NCBI GenBank assembly: GCA_030390025.1
Contig: CM059432.1
Coordinates: 54,562,001 to 54,626,000 of the forward strand
Direction of reading: 5' to 3'
Source of the DNA: Squalus acanthias
Taxonomy: Eukaryota
DNA length: 64,000 nucleotides
A model generated the notes under the pieces. That model was not told where the DNA came from. It did no database searches and saw only the letters and a program-made list of their open reading frames with translations. Every line of letters starts with the position of its first letter. The first letter of the stretch is position 1. Shown piece after piece: positions 48,200 through 59,767 of this stretch. A program made the position numbers and the translations under genes.

Positions 48200-49981
48200 G
48201 GGGGCAATTTTTCGGGGTTCAGCGGGTGCATTCGGTGGCGGGTCAGGTGGGAAAATATTTTTTGACAGCGGGTCAGGAACCCGCTGTCAACCCGCCGCCA
48301 CGTGACTTTTCCAAATATCGGGTCTGTCAGGGCTGAACAGACCCGACACGCAGTGGCAGGGGAGGCAATTCAGGTCATTATGACCTTGTTAACAGCCTAT
48401 TAAAAAGTATTTTGAGCTCACCTTACCATTTTGCGAGGTTGCCCACAGGGTCCACGCTGCTGGGGATCACATCAGGTAAGGAGGTCGGGAATTGTATCAC
48501 CATGGGATCATCTCATTACTTGACAGCTGCAAATGTGCTATAAAAGGTCCCATCTCACAGCTGTTCACTTTCCAAGCTCAGAAGCTGTTGCTTACTACAT
48601 TTGGAAAACAGATTGAGCTTTATGCAGGTTGCAAGTGTTTGGAGCAAACACTCTATCCAGTGTCACCTCATTGGAACAACCTGTTCACCACTGACAGATC
48701 GCTTCTGTCATCTCAAGTTCATCTGCCATCTATTACATCAGCATCAGTGCCCTTGATACTATCTCACCTTGGTCCTCAGAATCCCACCATGATAAGCCCC
48801 AACACCAGCAGCACCAGGCACATCAGCAGCACCAACAACAAGACCAACCTTCTCCGCAATCAACTGACGCTGCACAGGACAGAGGGCATCAGCACCCGAC
48901 CATATTGCTGCCCGTGAGGCGAGGGAAGGCCTCACCATGGCTAGATTTACTTCACTTGACGCTGTAAACCCTGGCTGCCACATGATGCGCCAGGTTGGCA
49001 CCACCCCACACCAACACCATAAAGCATCCCTACAATGCCCAAGCCATTCCTTTCTCACTCATCGCCATTGCGGGGGGTACCGTTATGTCTCACCATTCAC
49101 TGCAACTCACTAAGCCACTTCGAAAGATGCACACAAATCTGTCCAAGAACACAAAGTGTTGAAAATAAAGGTTTCAATGTTTGACACCACATTAACAGAA
49201 ACTTTACATGAAAATTGCATAAAACACCCAAGTGCCTACCCTTGTGTGTTGTTAGTTGGTATGATTGGACTAGGGTGAGGGTGAATGTGAGGGGTGGCTA
49301 GTGAGATGGGGAAGTAACAATGTAGATAGAGAGGGACGGGTGGAGGTGCAAGGTAAGTTGGTGTGAGTAAGGATTGCAGGAGTAGGGTAGGGAAGGCAAA
49401 GTGATGGGGATGTGATGAGTGGCACAGCAGGATGAGGTTGAGTGTGGCTTTGCAGTAACGTTTCATGATCTACTGAGATCATTGAAAGGTTTGCGCTACT
49501 GCAGTCTGGTCCTCCTGACCACATCCCTGCTTTTGCCCTCCTGTGCAATGTGCAACCAGGCTGTGTTGATCTCCTGGGGAGGTCTCTTTCGCCCATTGGA
49601 AGGGAAGAGAACCTTCCTGTGTGCTGTGACTCCCTCCATAAGCATATGGAGGGAGTCATGGGAGAGCCTGGGTGCAGCTCTGCACCTCTGTGTAGAGCTT
49701 GTCAGTGTCTGCAGCACCTCAATGTTGTAAAACACTGACAGCACAACTGTCAAAATCAATTTGCGCATGGTCCCTTTAAGGAAACCAACTGATCACACGT
49801 CATCAAGTGATGTCATCAGACTCGCTTCCTTCAATTGGCCGGCAAACGCACTGGGCGGGCTTTACAAGTCCAATCAGTGTAAAATCATTCTACACAGCGG
49901 GCTGGAGTCAGCAGCGAGGTCGGGACCCATCACTGACGTCGCCCACCACGGATCCACAGAGGTTGGGGAAATCGCAGCCCC
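48200..49981. mobile_element. Internally deleted Harbinger element
   Basis: Termini GGGGGCAATTTT / AAATCGCAGCCCC, probable TSD TGT; transposase 5' relic at ~48790-48900 (+) and Myb exon-1 relic at ~49450-49700 (-). Confidence 0.7.
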
Positions 49982-50908
49982 TGTTCCAGTTTGGATGGAA
50001 GGAGAGACCTCTCATACGATGATTTGGAAAGAAGATGCTGTCCATTATAATGAACTGAGGTTTCCACAATAACTGGTGATGACTTTGTTGATACATTTTC
50101 TAAAAATTCAAAAGAAATCCAACATATGTGTTTGTAGCTTGTGAAAATAGATTTGTTTGAAGAATCAAAATGAAATGTCAGTGTGTTATAATATGCTGTG
50201 AATTGCAGTTATTAAATATTGGTCCTACACAGCTTTGCACACTGCCACTCTAACCTTTCTGTTGGTAACAATGTATGTTTCTCTTCCTTCCATAAACATT
50301 TGGCTTATTTGAGTTCTATGCAATGATCAGTTCAAAGTAATGAAAAAGGTAACTCATGAAACACTCTACAGACTTTTAGGGCTGGATTTTCAATGACCCA
50401 TGGAGTCGGGTTTGGAGGTGTGTGGGGGGTTAAAGTTGCAGATTCGGGGGTCCCGACCCCATCCCGACTCCAACCCGCCTCCACGCAATTTTGACAAAAT
50501 CGGTCGCGGGGTTCCCGACTCCGTCCCACCTCCAAGAGGCGGGAGAGGCCATTAAAGCCCTTAACAATCCCCAAATTGGCTCAGTAATGCCATTTTGAAG
50601 CATTTTAGGTAGTTTAACCCTCTTCCCACGTGAAGTACGCCTGATGTGAAACACGCCAGTGAAACCTGGCGGGAGCACAAGTGGATTGCTGACTCTCAGC
50701 TGCAGCTCAACCTTTAAATAGGAGATTTGATCAGCCATCAATTGCAGGTGGCAGGACTTTGTTGTCACAGGTCTGGTGGAACTTTTAGAAGGCATAACCA
50801 CAGCTCTGGAAGTTTGGAGCCTGACACCCATCTGCAGTGTGACCTCCTGGGAAACCCCTCTCGCCACCCTCATTGAGCGCTTCCTCAACTGAGGCATATA
50901 CCAGAGGC

Positions 50909-52161
50909 ATGGGAGCCATTTATTTCTTTCCCTCCTGGGCATCCGATGAGGACGAACAACAGCCGTGGCACCAGCAGAACCACGAACAACAGCAGCACCA
51001 ACAGCAGCAGCAACAGCAGGAGCGCCAAGCTGCTGCTCACCCACCTGAAGCTGCACAGGACAGAAGGGGCCAGCGCATGGAAGGCCGTCGGCGCAGGAGA
51101 TACCCCCCAAACAGGGTCTACAGACAGAGGGTCAGCTACCTCAACATGTCTGAGCAGCAGTGCCAAAGGCGGCTCCGACTTTCGCGACAGGTAGTGGGTG
51201 ACATCTGCGCAATGCTGCAACAAGACCTGGAGCCCAGAGGACCAGGTGGACAACCCTTACCAGTGCCCGTCAAAGTCACCACCGCACTCAACTTTTTTGC
51301 CTCAGGCTCATTCCAGGGATCAGCAGCAGACATCAGCGGCATCTCCCAGGCGGCCGCACACACCTGCATCACGCAGGTAACCGATGCCCTCTTTGCCATC
51401 GCGCACAATCATATCCATTTCACCAAGGATCGAGCAAGTGTCACGGCGCGTGCGGTTGGATTAGCTAATCTGGCAGGCTTTCCAAGGGTGCAGGGCGTCG
51501 TTGACTGCACACATGTGGCCCTTAAGGCACCCCGTCGTAATCCAGGTATTTTTGTCAACCGCAAGGGCTTCCACTCCCTCAACGTTCAGCTGGTGTGTGA
51601 CCACAACAAGGAAGTTCTGCATGTTTGTGCCAAGTACCCTGGCAGTTGCCATGACTCCTTCATACTGCGCCAGTCTAGTGTGCCTCCGCTATTCAGTCCG
51701 CCAGACCAACTTCACGGATGGCTACTTGGAGACAAGGGCTATCCCCTGAAGACGTGGCTAATGACGCCGTTGAGGAGCCTATCCAACGCAGCTGAGGAGA
51801 GCTACAACCCCAGCCACATTTCCACCAGAGCCATAATCGAGCAAACCATCAGTATGCTGAAGATGTGCTTCAGATGCCTGGATAGATCAGGTGGAGCCCT
51901 GCAATACTCAGCAGCCAGGGTCTCCAGAATCGTCCTGTTTACTGTGCATTTCACAACATGGCACAGCATCGTGGCTTACAGATGCCGGAGGACCAAATGG
52001 CTCCTCACATATCCTCCTCAGATGAGGAGGAGGAGGAGGAGGAGGAGGAGGACAGAGAGAACGAACAAGTTGCAGAGGCCCCTCAATCAGCGGCAGCATT
52101 ACGCGAGACCATAGCTGCCCGGAATGCAAGGAACGCACTCATCTTGGCCAGATTTGCTTAG
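50909..52161 (+). pseudogene. Harbinger DDE transposase with a single apparent frameshift near 51935
   Basis: [10 protein letters not shown]...GVVDCTHV...CHDSFIL...LGDKGYP...RAIIEQTI; C-terminus (HNMAQHRG...LARFA stop) continues in the 51958-52161 frame. Confidence 0.93.
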
Positions 52162-52418
52162 CCTAGACAAGAAAGCACTTTTGCCTCGCAGCTTCTTACC
52201 AGAGCTACGACAATGGCCCAGACCCAGTGGATCCCTAACAATGTGACCACCATACTGACAATTGCAAGTTATCCTGAGGCCTCATTGTGGAAGTCCCATT
52301 AGCAAAATGACAGATGCCACAACTGCAGCTGTAGCCATCAGAGTTTTTATTTACACTTTACACCTGATGGCTTTTTCACATTAAACATCAAAATCCACCC
52401 AAGTGACTACCCTTGTGA

Positions 52419-54384
52419 CTATTTGTGCAGTTTCTTTCTCTTACGCGTGCTCCTACGTGGTGCTTCCCCTGTGGCTTCAGCAGAAGTGGAGGCCCCCTAC
52501 TCAGTTTGTTGCTGCTCCTGTCTCGACTCCTTTGGCGGGTGTCCTCTGGGGTTGCGAACCTGCGAGGGCTCGGCAACAGTCTGCTGCTCCTGCGGCTGGG
52601 CAGGGGTTGAGACGCCGATCTCACTTGGGTGCGGACTCTGGTGGGGCTCTGACCGAGGACTTGTCAGTGGCATGGAAGTGTGAGCGCTTGGAGAGGAGCC
52701 CCCACCTCCTTGTTGTGTGCCACCAACATCCCTCTCATGGGTCAGGTCCACCTCAGCGCTTGCAAGTGGCTTGAGAGCACCTTGCTGCACATCAGGGGGG
52801 CCATGGGGACCCGTATCTGCACTGGAAGTCCTACTCAGAAGGACTTCCATGAAGGTCTGGTTTCTCTGTTCAATAGATGACCATCGCTCCTCAAGAGATG
52901 CCAGTCTATTCTGAACAATGACCATGTTTTCTGCACTCTGGCGACTTATCTCCTCCATAGCCGTATCCATCCTCTCCTCTACTGTAGCCATCCTTTCCAC
53001 GGAGGTTGCCATCCTTTCCGTGGTGATGCGTTCATGCACCAATGACTCCACAAAGGCTCTGCTGATGTTCGCTATGGACTCCTCCATTCGCTCCACACTC
53101 GCAGCGACCCTGGAGACAAAACCTGTCAGAGACTCCTGCATCTGTTCCTGGAGTCCCAGCACCGCTGATCTTATGGATGGACCCAGAGGCAGAGGGTCGA
53201 CATGCAGCTGAGCCGAGCTAGGACAGTCCTGCGCCCTCCGACTAGAACTCTCCACTGCTGTCCCTGTCTCCACCATCTGCTGATGCTCACTTGTGAGCTG
53301 TGATACACCAGGTGACAACACTACTCTATGTCCCGAGGGTCCCACCGAGGTGTGAGTGTCTGCGCTGGTGCTGGGTGCACTGAGTTCTGCTGATGCTGCG
53401 CCCTCAGAGGTTGCAGCTTCCTCTGAGGAGTCTGTCTGCTCAGGCTCTTCCTCCTGGCTAGTGGAGACGGGTGCTTGCGATGGTCCTGTGGGGGAGTAAA
53501 GGAAAGAGTCAGAGATGTGATGCCAAGGTTACATGCACATTGCATATTGCAGATGATCATAAATCCATCTGTTAGAGCTTCAGATTCATTATCAGCGACT
53601 CATGCAATGTCAATGAGAGAGATGGAACACTATTCAGTCACCAGCTTGCTCTGATGCATCCGTCTGTCCGTCCCCCACTTGCGTTTCCTCCTCTACGCCC
53701 ACGATCTCCAGGACCGCATCCTCCCAGGGGGTGAGCTGGGCTAATGAGGGTAGCCCTCCTCCTGTCCTGGCTCTTTCCCTTTTATTGTGAGCTCTCTTTT
53801 CCTGCAATGAGGGAGACAAGTGGAGTTTGAGTGAGAATAAAGGATTGAGTGTAGAGAATCCATAGCATAGATGCTTAGAAGGAGACAAAGATGGATTGAG
53901 GTGGCGACACTAAGGGCCCTCCCTGTGTGTTGTAAGTTGTTTTCAAAGCATGACAGTGATAGGTAGTGTGAGGGCTGCATAGTCGAATAGTAAGGTGAAT
54001 GTGACCATAGAGGGAGAGGGAATGGGTAAGGGTGCATGGATGTCAGTGTCAAGTGGGATATGGAGGAAGAGGTTGCTAAAGCTGAGTGCTGGTGAGGAGA
54101 GGCAATGGGGATCAGATTGAGGGTGAAGGGAAAGTCATACTCACTTTAGCAGTACGTAGAAGGTCATGAAACCTCTTCCTGCACTGGATCCAGGTTCTGC
54201 AGGTGAATGATAAGGAGGTGACCTCCTGGGCGATCTGGACCCACACAGCCTTGGTCAGCTGGGGAGGCTTCTTCCTCCCTGAGGAGGGGAAGAGCACCTC
54301 CCTGTTGGCTCTTGCTCCATCCACCAAAGCCTGCAGGGCAACGTCATGGAATCTGGGAGCAGCCCTGGGCCGTTAGCTGGCCAT
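52419..54384 (-). pseudogene. Harbinger Myb-like gene (exons 54384-54145, 53801-53642, 53485-52419) with two nonsense codons
   Basis: APRFHDVALQALVDG...WVQIAQEV...RTWIQCRKRFHDL; GT-AG introns; TAA at codon 4 and TAG at 52497-52499. Confidence 0.88.
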
Positions 54385-55256
54385 TCCTGCTGCAGGTGCT
54401 TAGATTTGAGGTCCAAAAGCTTGGCAGCCTGCAGAGGAAGCAAGGCTTGTTGCAAACCTTAAATGCAGCAGCAATGATGACGTCATCAGAGGCGACTTTC
54501 AGACTGGAATAACTCATTGGCCATGGGTTCCCACATGTTGGAACTCAATTGGCCAATTAAGTTAATATCGCATCATTCATCCACATTAATCTGGAGTCGG
54601 GGGGGCAACACGAAATGTGGGTAACACGACCCCAACCCGCGACAGTATCAAAATCCAGCCCTTAAGGTCTGTTTGATATTAAAGTAGCTGCACCTTATCT
54701 GGATCTACCGTAATGTTTTCCAGTTTTATTCACATTGGCATTTGATGATGATACCATAGAGAAAAAAATTGTATTATTACAATTATATTAAAGTGTTTGG
54801 AACCACCACCACCAATCCCCGATTGCGCCTGGGACCCCAGTCGCCTCGAGACCCCCCACCGACTGTCGGGGAACGTTCCCACTGATCCCCGGCTGCGGCC
54901 GCCTGCCGTCAAATTCCTGCTCCCAGCCGCTGGTCAGGTAGTGGATCAGGCTGGATTCGGGCAGAACTCTGGGAACATTTATGTAAATGAGGCCCAGCCG
55001 TTAAGATCGATTGGGCCTAATGGCTGGGCCTCCATGTTACCGGACTCCCCAAGTGCGCCGTCTGTTTAAGGGCTCACGGGCACCGTAACCACTGCCCCTT
55101 TAAAATAGGGGCCGTAATTTCTACATAATGTGATAGCTGATCCAACAGTAGAGAAGAGTGACACAAAGGCTTTTGTGCATTTAATAAAATATATATTTTT
55201 TTTTTTAAATCATGCACTGGTTTGTATAATTGTGCAGGAGCACAAACTGACATAGT

Positions 55257-55409
55257 GGGGGTAATTTTGACTTTCGGCTGTAGGGTAAAATGGGCGATAT
55301 CGGATCAGCCACCCACTATACAACTCTCCCTATTTTCAGGAGAAATGTATAACAGGTGGTAGATCTGATTCCGCTCGTTTTCCATTCGCCCAAAGTCAAA
55401 ATTACCTCC
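55257..55409. mobile_element. Short palindromic Harbinger-type MITE (153 bp)
   Basis: TIRs GGGGGTAATTTTGACTTT / AAAGTCAAAATTACCTCC; TSD AGT. Confidence 0.8.
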
Positions 55410-56159
55410 AGTGAGTCTGTCGGCATAGTTATACATACTGCTATAGGAATATTGTGAGCTTCTGTGTCAGGAGATCACATTGGGACTGCGAAGAACAGGT
55501 AGCTTACCAGCCACTGCACAAGAGGGAAGCAGTTGTAGCCCACTCCTTAGTGCAGCCCGAGGCCGAGGATAATATAGAAAAGGTGCTCTGGAAAATGAAA
55601 AAGGGCTTACAGCAGTTCTTCAAAGAGCTGAGAGAGACCAATGCTACAAGTGCAAGAGGGCTGGGAAGCCACTGGTAACTCTTGAAGCAAGTAAATGGGC
55701 TGGAAGCATACAATCTGGTGTGATGAGGGGAGTAAACTCAACTGCCGCAGATGTCAGGAACAAGAGCATGCAGAGCATTAGTACTGGATTTAACAACAGT
55801 CCAACTACCAATTTGAAGTCAAGTACTGGCCAAGGAAGAATTGGCAGCATACTGCCTAGGATGTCATTGAAAGGTGGAGGACCCAGAAGAGACATCTCAT
55901 ATTGAAGATATGGAGAAGCATGTCTATGGCGCCAAGAGGACAACAACATTGATTTGCAATAATAGGACAGAAACAACCAAGGCCATCTGTGAGGTCTTCT
56001 TAGATCTAGTTTCAGTAGCAGGAGGAACCTACAACAAGAAAGAGGTCAACCAAGAAAAGTAAGGGAAAGGCTGCAACTGCAAAGTATTCTCTTTTGTAAC
56101 ACAGACTGAGTGGATGCAACTGGACACCAAGGATGAATAAAGCCATAAGGAAAAAATTG

Positions 56160-58112
56160 AGGGTAGAGAAAGGCATAAATTAAGTACATAGACAGCAGGG
56201 GAGAGCATGATAAGGGAAAATACGAAGAGATTAGGAAAGAAGTCAAAAAAACAATTAGGAAGGCAAAGAGGAACTATGAAATAAAATTATCAAGGAACAT
56301 AAAATAAAATAGTAAAATATTTTACAGGCACATCAATAAAAAAGGAAGGTCAGGATGGGAATAGGGTCACTAAGGGATGGACAGGATAAAATCACAGGCA
56401 GTGATAGAGAAATGGCAGAAATATTAAATAATTACTTTGCCTCAGTATTTACCAGGGAGACAGAACAGGTGGACATGACATTGGATCATGAGATTAGTAA
56501 TGAAATAACTGCATTTAAAATAAAAAGAGTAGATATATTAAATAAACTAATCAAACTCAAAGAGGAAAATAATCCTGGTCCGGATGGATTACATCCGCGC
56601 ATTTAAAAGAATCTAGGGAAGAGATAGCAGAGGCATTACTACACATATTTAATAATTCATTAGAAAAAGGTGTAGTGCCAAAGGACTGGCGGATAGCTAA
56701 CATAATACCTATATTTAAGAAGGGAGATAGAACATGTCCAGGGAACTATAGACCAGTCAGCTTAACATCGGTGGTAGGAAAAATAATGGAATCCCTACTA
56801 AAGGAGAAAATAGAAGAACATCTAGAAACCAAAAATATAATAATGAATAGTCAGCATGGATTTCAAAAGCGAAAGCCTTGCTTGACCAACCTAATTGAAT
56901 TTTTTGAAGTGATAACAGAGAGAATAGACAAGAGTAATGCAGTAGATGTAATTTATCTAGATTTTCAAAAGGCCTTTGATAAGGTACCACATAATAGACT
57001 AATGAATAAGGTCAGTGAATGCAAAGTCAGGGGACAAGTAGCAGAATGGATAGTTAGCTGGCTTCAAGACAGAAAGCAGAGAGTAGGGGTAAAGGGTAGG
57101 TATTCACAGTGGCAGAAGGTGAGTAGTGGTGTTCCACGAGGATCAATGCTGGGACCACTGCTGTTCACAATTTATCTTAATGAATTAGACTTTGGAATCA
57201 AAAACACAATTTCTAAATTTGCGGATGACATCAAATTGGAAGAGATAGTTAATACTGAGGACTGCAACAAATTACAGGAAAACATTAATAAACTTGCAGA
57301 ATGGGCACATAATTGGCAAATGAAATTCAACACAGATAAATGTGAGGTATTACATTTTGGCAGGAAGAATAGGGAGGTCACTTATTACTTGGAGGGTGCG
57401 GGTCTGGGTGGGGTAGAGGAGCAAAGGGATCTCGGAGTACAAATACACAAATCATTAAAAGTAGCAACACAGGTTAACAAGGCCATTAAAAAAGCAAACC
57501 AGGCACTAGGGTTTATTTCTAGAGGAATAGAATTGTAAAGTAGTGAAGTTATGCTAAACTTGTATCGAACCTTGGTTAGACCACACTTGGAGTACTGCAT
57601 ACAATTCTGGTCGCTATATTATAAAAAGAATATAGAGGCATTGGAGAGGGTGCAGAGAAGATTTACAAGGATGATACCAGAAATGCGAGGGTATACCTAT
57701 CAGGAACGGATGAACAGGCTGGGTCTGTTTTCGCTTGAAAAAAGAAGACTGAGGGGTGACCTAATTGAGGTCTTTAAAATTATGAAAGGTTTTGATACAG
57801 TAGTTACAAAGACAGTGTTTCCACTTGTGGGGAAAAGCATAACTAGAGGCCATCAATATAAGATAGTCACCAAGAAATCAAATAGGAAATTCAAAAGAAG
57901 AGAGTGGTGAGAATGTGGAACTCGCTACCACAGGGAGTGGCTGACGTGAATAGTATAGATGCATTTAAGGGGTGGTTAGATAAGCATATGAGGGAGAAGG
58001 GAATGGAGGGTTATGCTGAGAGAGTTAGATGAGGAAAGACAGGAGGAGGCTCGAGTGGAGCATAAGCAACGGCATGGCCTGGTTCTGTGCCGTATATCCT
58101 ATGTAATTCTAT
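56160..58112 (+). mobile_element. CR1 LINE, 5'-truncated
   Basis: NYRPVSLTSVVGK, YLDFQKAFDKVPH, FADDIKL, RRLRGDLIEVFK; tail ...CCTATGTAATTCTATG. Confidence 0.93.
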
Positions 58113-58491
58113 GTAAACTGCAATGGGAGGACCCTGTGTTGGAGACTTTTTTTGAACCTGAAGAAGCAAGTCCAGCCCACAGGAACAGTCAGGAGTCACC
58201 TGATATCACATAGCTATTGACACAATAGCATCAGTTGCAATTGCACAAGGGCTCCTGTACAGGATGGAATGTGAGCAGAAACACCCTTTTCCAATACACC
58301 AGTTGTTGCCCCCAACAGAAAAGAGACAGAAGATCTTTCCATCTCCCTGCACCCACAGATGATTGAACTCTTCCTTCACACAGGAAAGTCACACAGGGAG
58401 AGTATTTAAATGATGGCCCAAATCAGTGGTGAACAATCAATGCCAGCCATTCATTACACTTACACTTGACCACAGACATTCGATGGGCTTT

Positions 58492-59145
58492 TGCATTGGA
58501 ACTTGCGGTGATTAGAGAGCCATTTTGGTGCAGCACCTTCTACAGGGGATCTGGGACCTGTGCGAACCGGGCAAGCAACTGTGTGTCTCCTTAAGCAATC
58601 AGATTGAAGGATCGTTAGTGAGCTGTGCAGAGTCTGAACCAGGAAGTGTCAGTTAGAATATTTAATTCAATGTCAAATCATGCACAGAAAGCGAAATAAA
58701 GAGAGGGAAAGAATGATGGGATTAAGAGAGAGAGTTAAAAGAGAAAGAAAGAAAAAGTTTTTTAAAGTATTTTAATTTTTTAATTTTTTTAAATCTCCAA
58801 CAATAATTAAAATCTGAAGGAATGAAACTCCACACTTGTAAAAGTTAATTTTCACCACACTGTTAAAAATTTACTTACACTGGAATGTACAAGCCTTAAC
58901 TTTTTCTGGCGAGTTTAGTGGGTATATATCACGTAAGTACAGCAACTTCACACTGTTCCATGTGTTTCACTGCCGAGTCTCTCGGCAAAATACTGTTAAA
59001 GCAAAGCTTCTGGAGGAGCAGGGCAAATTCTTGATTTTGCGTTTAACTGCACATGTGCGGTTGCTGGAAGTTGCTGTCCGATTTATGCTTTAATAACAGG
59101 GAGTGTTGTTAGCCTCACTGTTATTGTTACCGCAAAATCCAGGCT
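58492..59145. mobile_element. Family B-like MITE, degraded
   Basis: Ends ACCGCAAAATCCAGGC; internal CAGAAAGCGAAATAAAGA and GAAGTTGCTGTC shared with 29219-29974. Confidence 0.65.
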
Positions 59146-59767
59146 GTAGTTAATTAACTGATGCTCCAAATCTACTGATGGGTTTCCACTCAACCAGTGA
59201 GGATGCGCCAGGAATAAGAGCCATTTCTTGACCTGACTGCAGAATCGACCCTTACATTTAACAAAGTGCTACCATTTAACTTCCCTGCAAGGGAATTGTG
59301 CACGCGGCGCTATTATTTGGCAACCTTGGTAACAGTGTTTGGCTTCTCAATGCTAATTGACTGCTCCTTCAACTGCTGCCACATTGGATGGATGTGGCCT
59401 TGTGGGGGTGAAATTAGTTAATGCCAGTTGTACAAATGTGTAGCTGACTGAGAGGCAGCTGCCTTATCTGTGCCTCTGGCCAGACATGGTGTACTGCCAT
59501 CCTTTGGGGAATGTCCCTGGAGTGCCAAACAGGGAAATGATCCTCACACTCACCTCTTGCACATCACCAGCCATCAAAAGCAGTTGAGTACAATGCTGCT
59601 CGACAATTTCTTCACAGATTCCATTTTGTGCTTCCATCTTTTGTTTTAGCCCCTTAATCATTCTACACCTCATACAATGTTTGGAAAGGCTGGCAAATAT
59701 TCAATATTAGTATGAAGCCTTTATAAGGCTCAACAATATTTGAACCCAATTGCAACTAATACACCAG

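Larger units (their letters stand above)
50379..54661. mobile_element. Near-intact full-length two-gene Harbinger transposon (4283 bp)
   Basis: Perfect 12-bp TIR GGGCTGGATTTT / AAAATCCAGCCC; TSD TTA (50376-50378, 54662-54664); no nested insertions seen. Confidence 0.95.

Noticed and set aside
50430..51110. 226-aa minus-strand ORF as a third transposon gene
   Set aside because: Antisense to the CAG-rich transposase N-terminus and GC-rich terminus, with no recognisable domain and no equivalent ORF evident in sister elements
50873..52114. Domesticated host gene HARBI1
   Set aside because: Bounded by TIRs and a TSD, paired with a Myb-like gene, frameshifted, and has paralogous copies in this window
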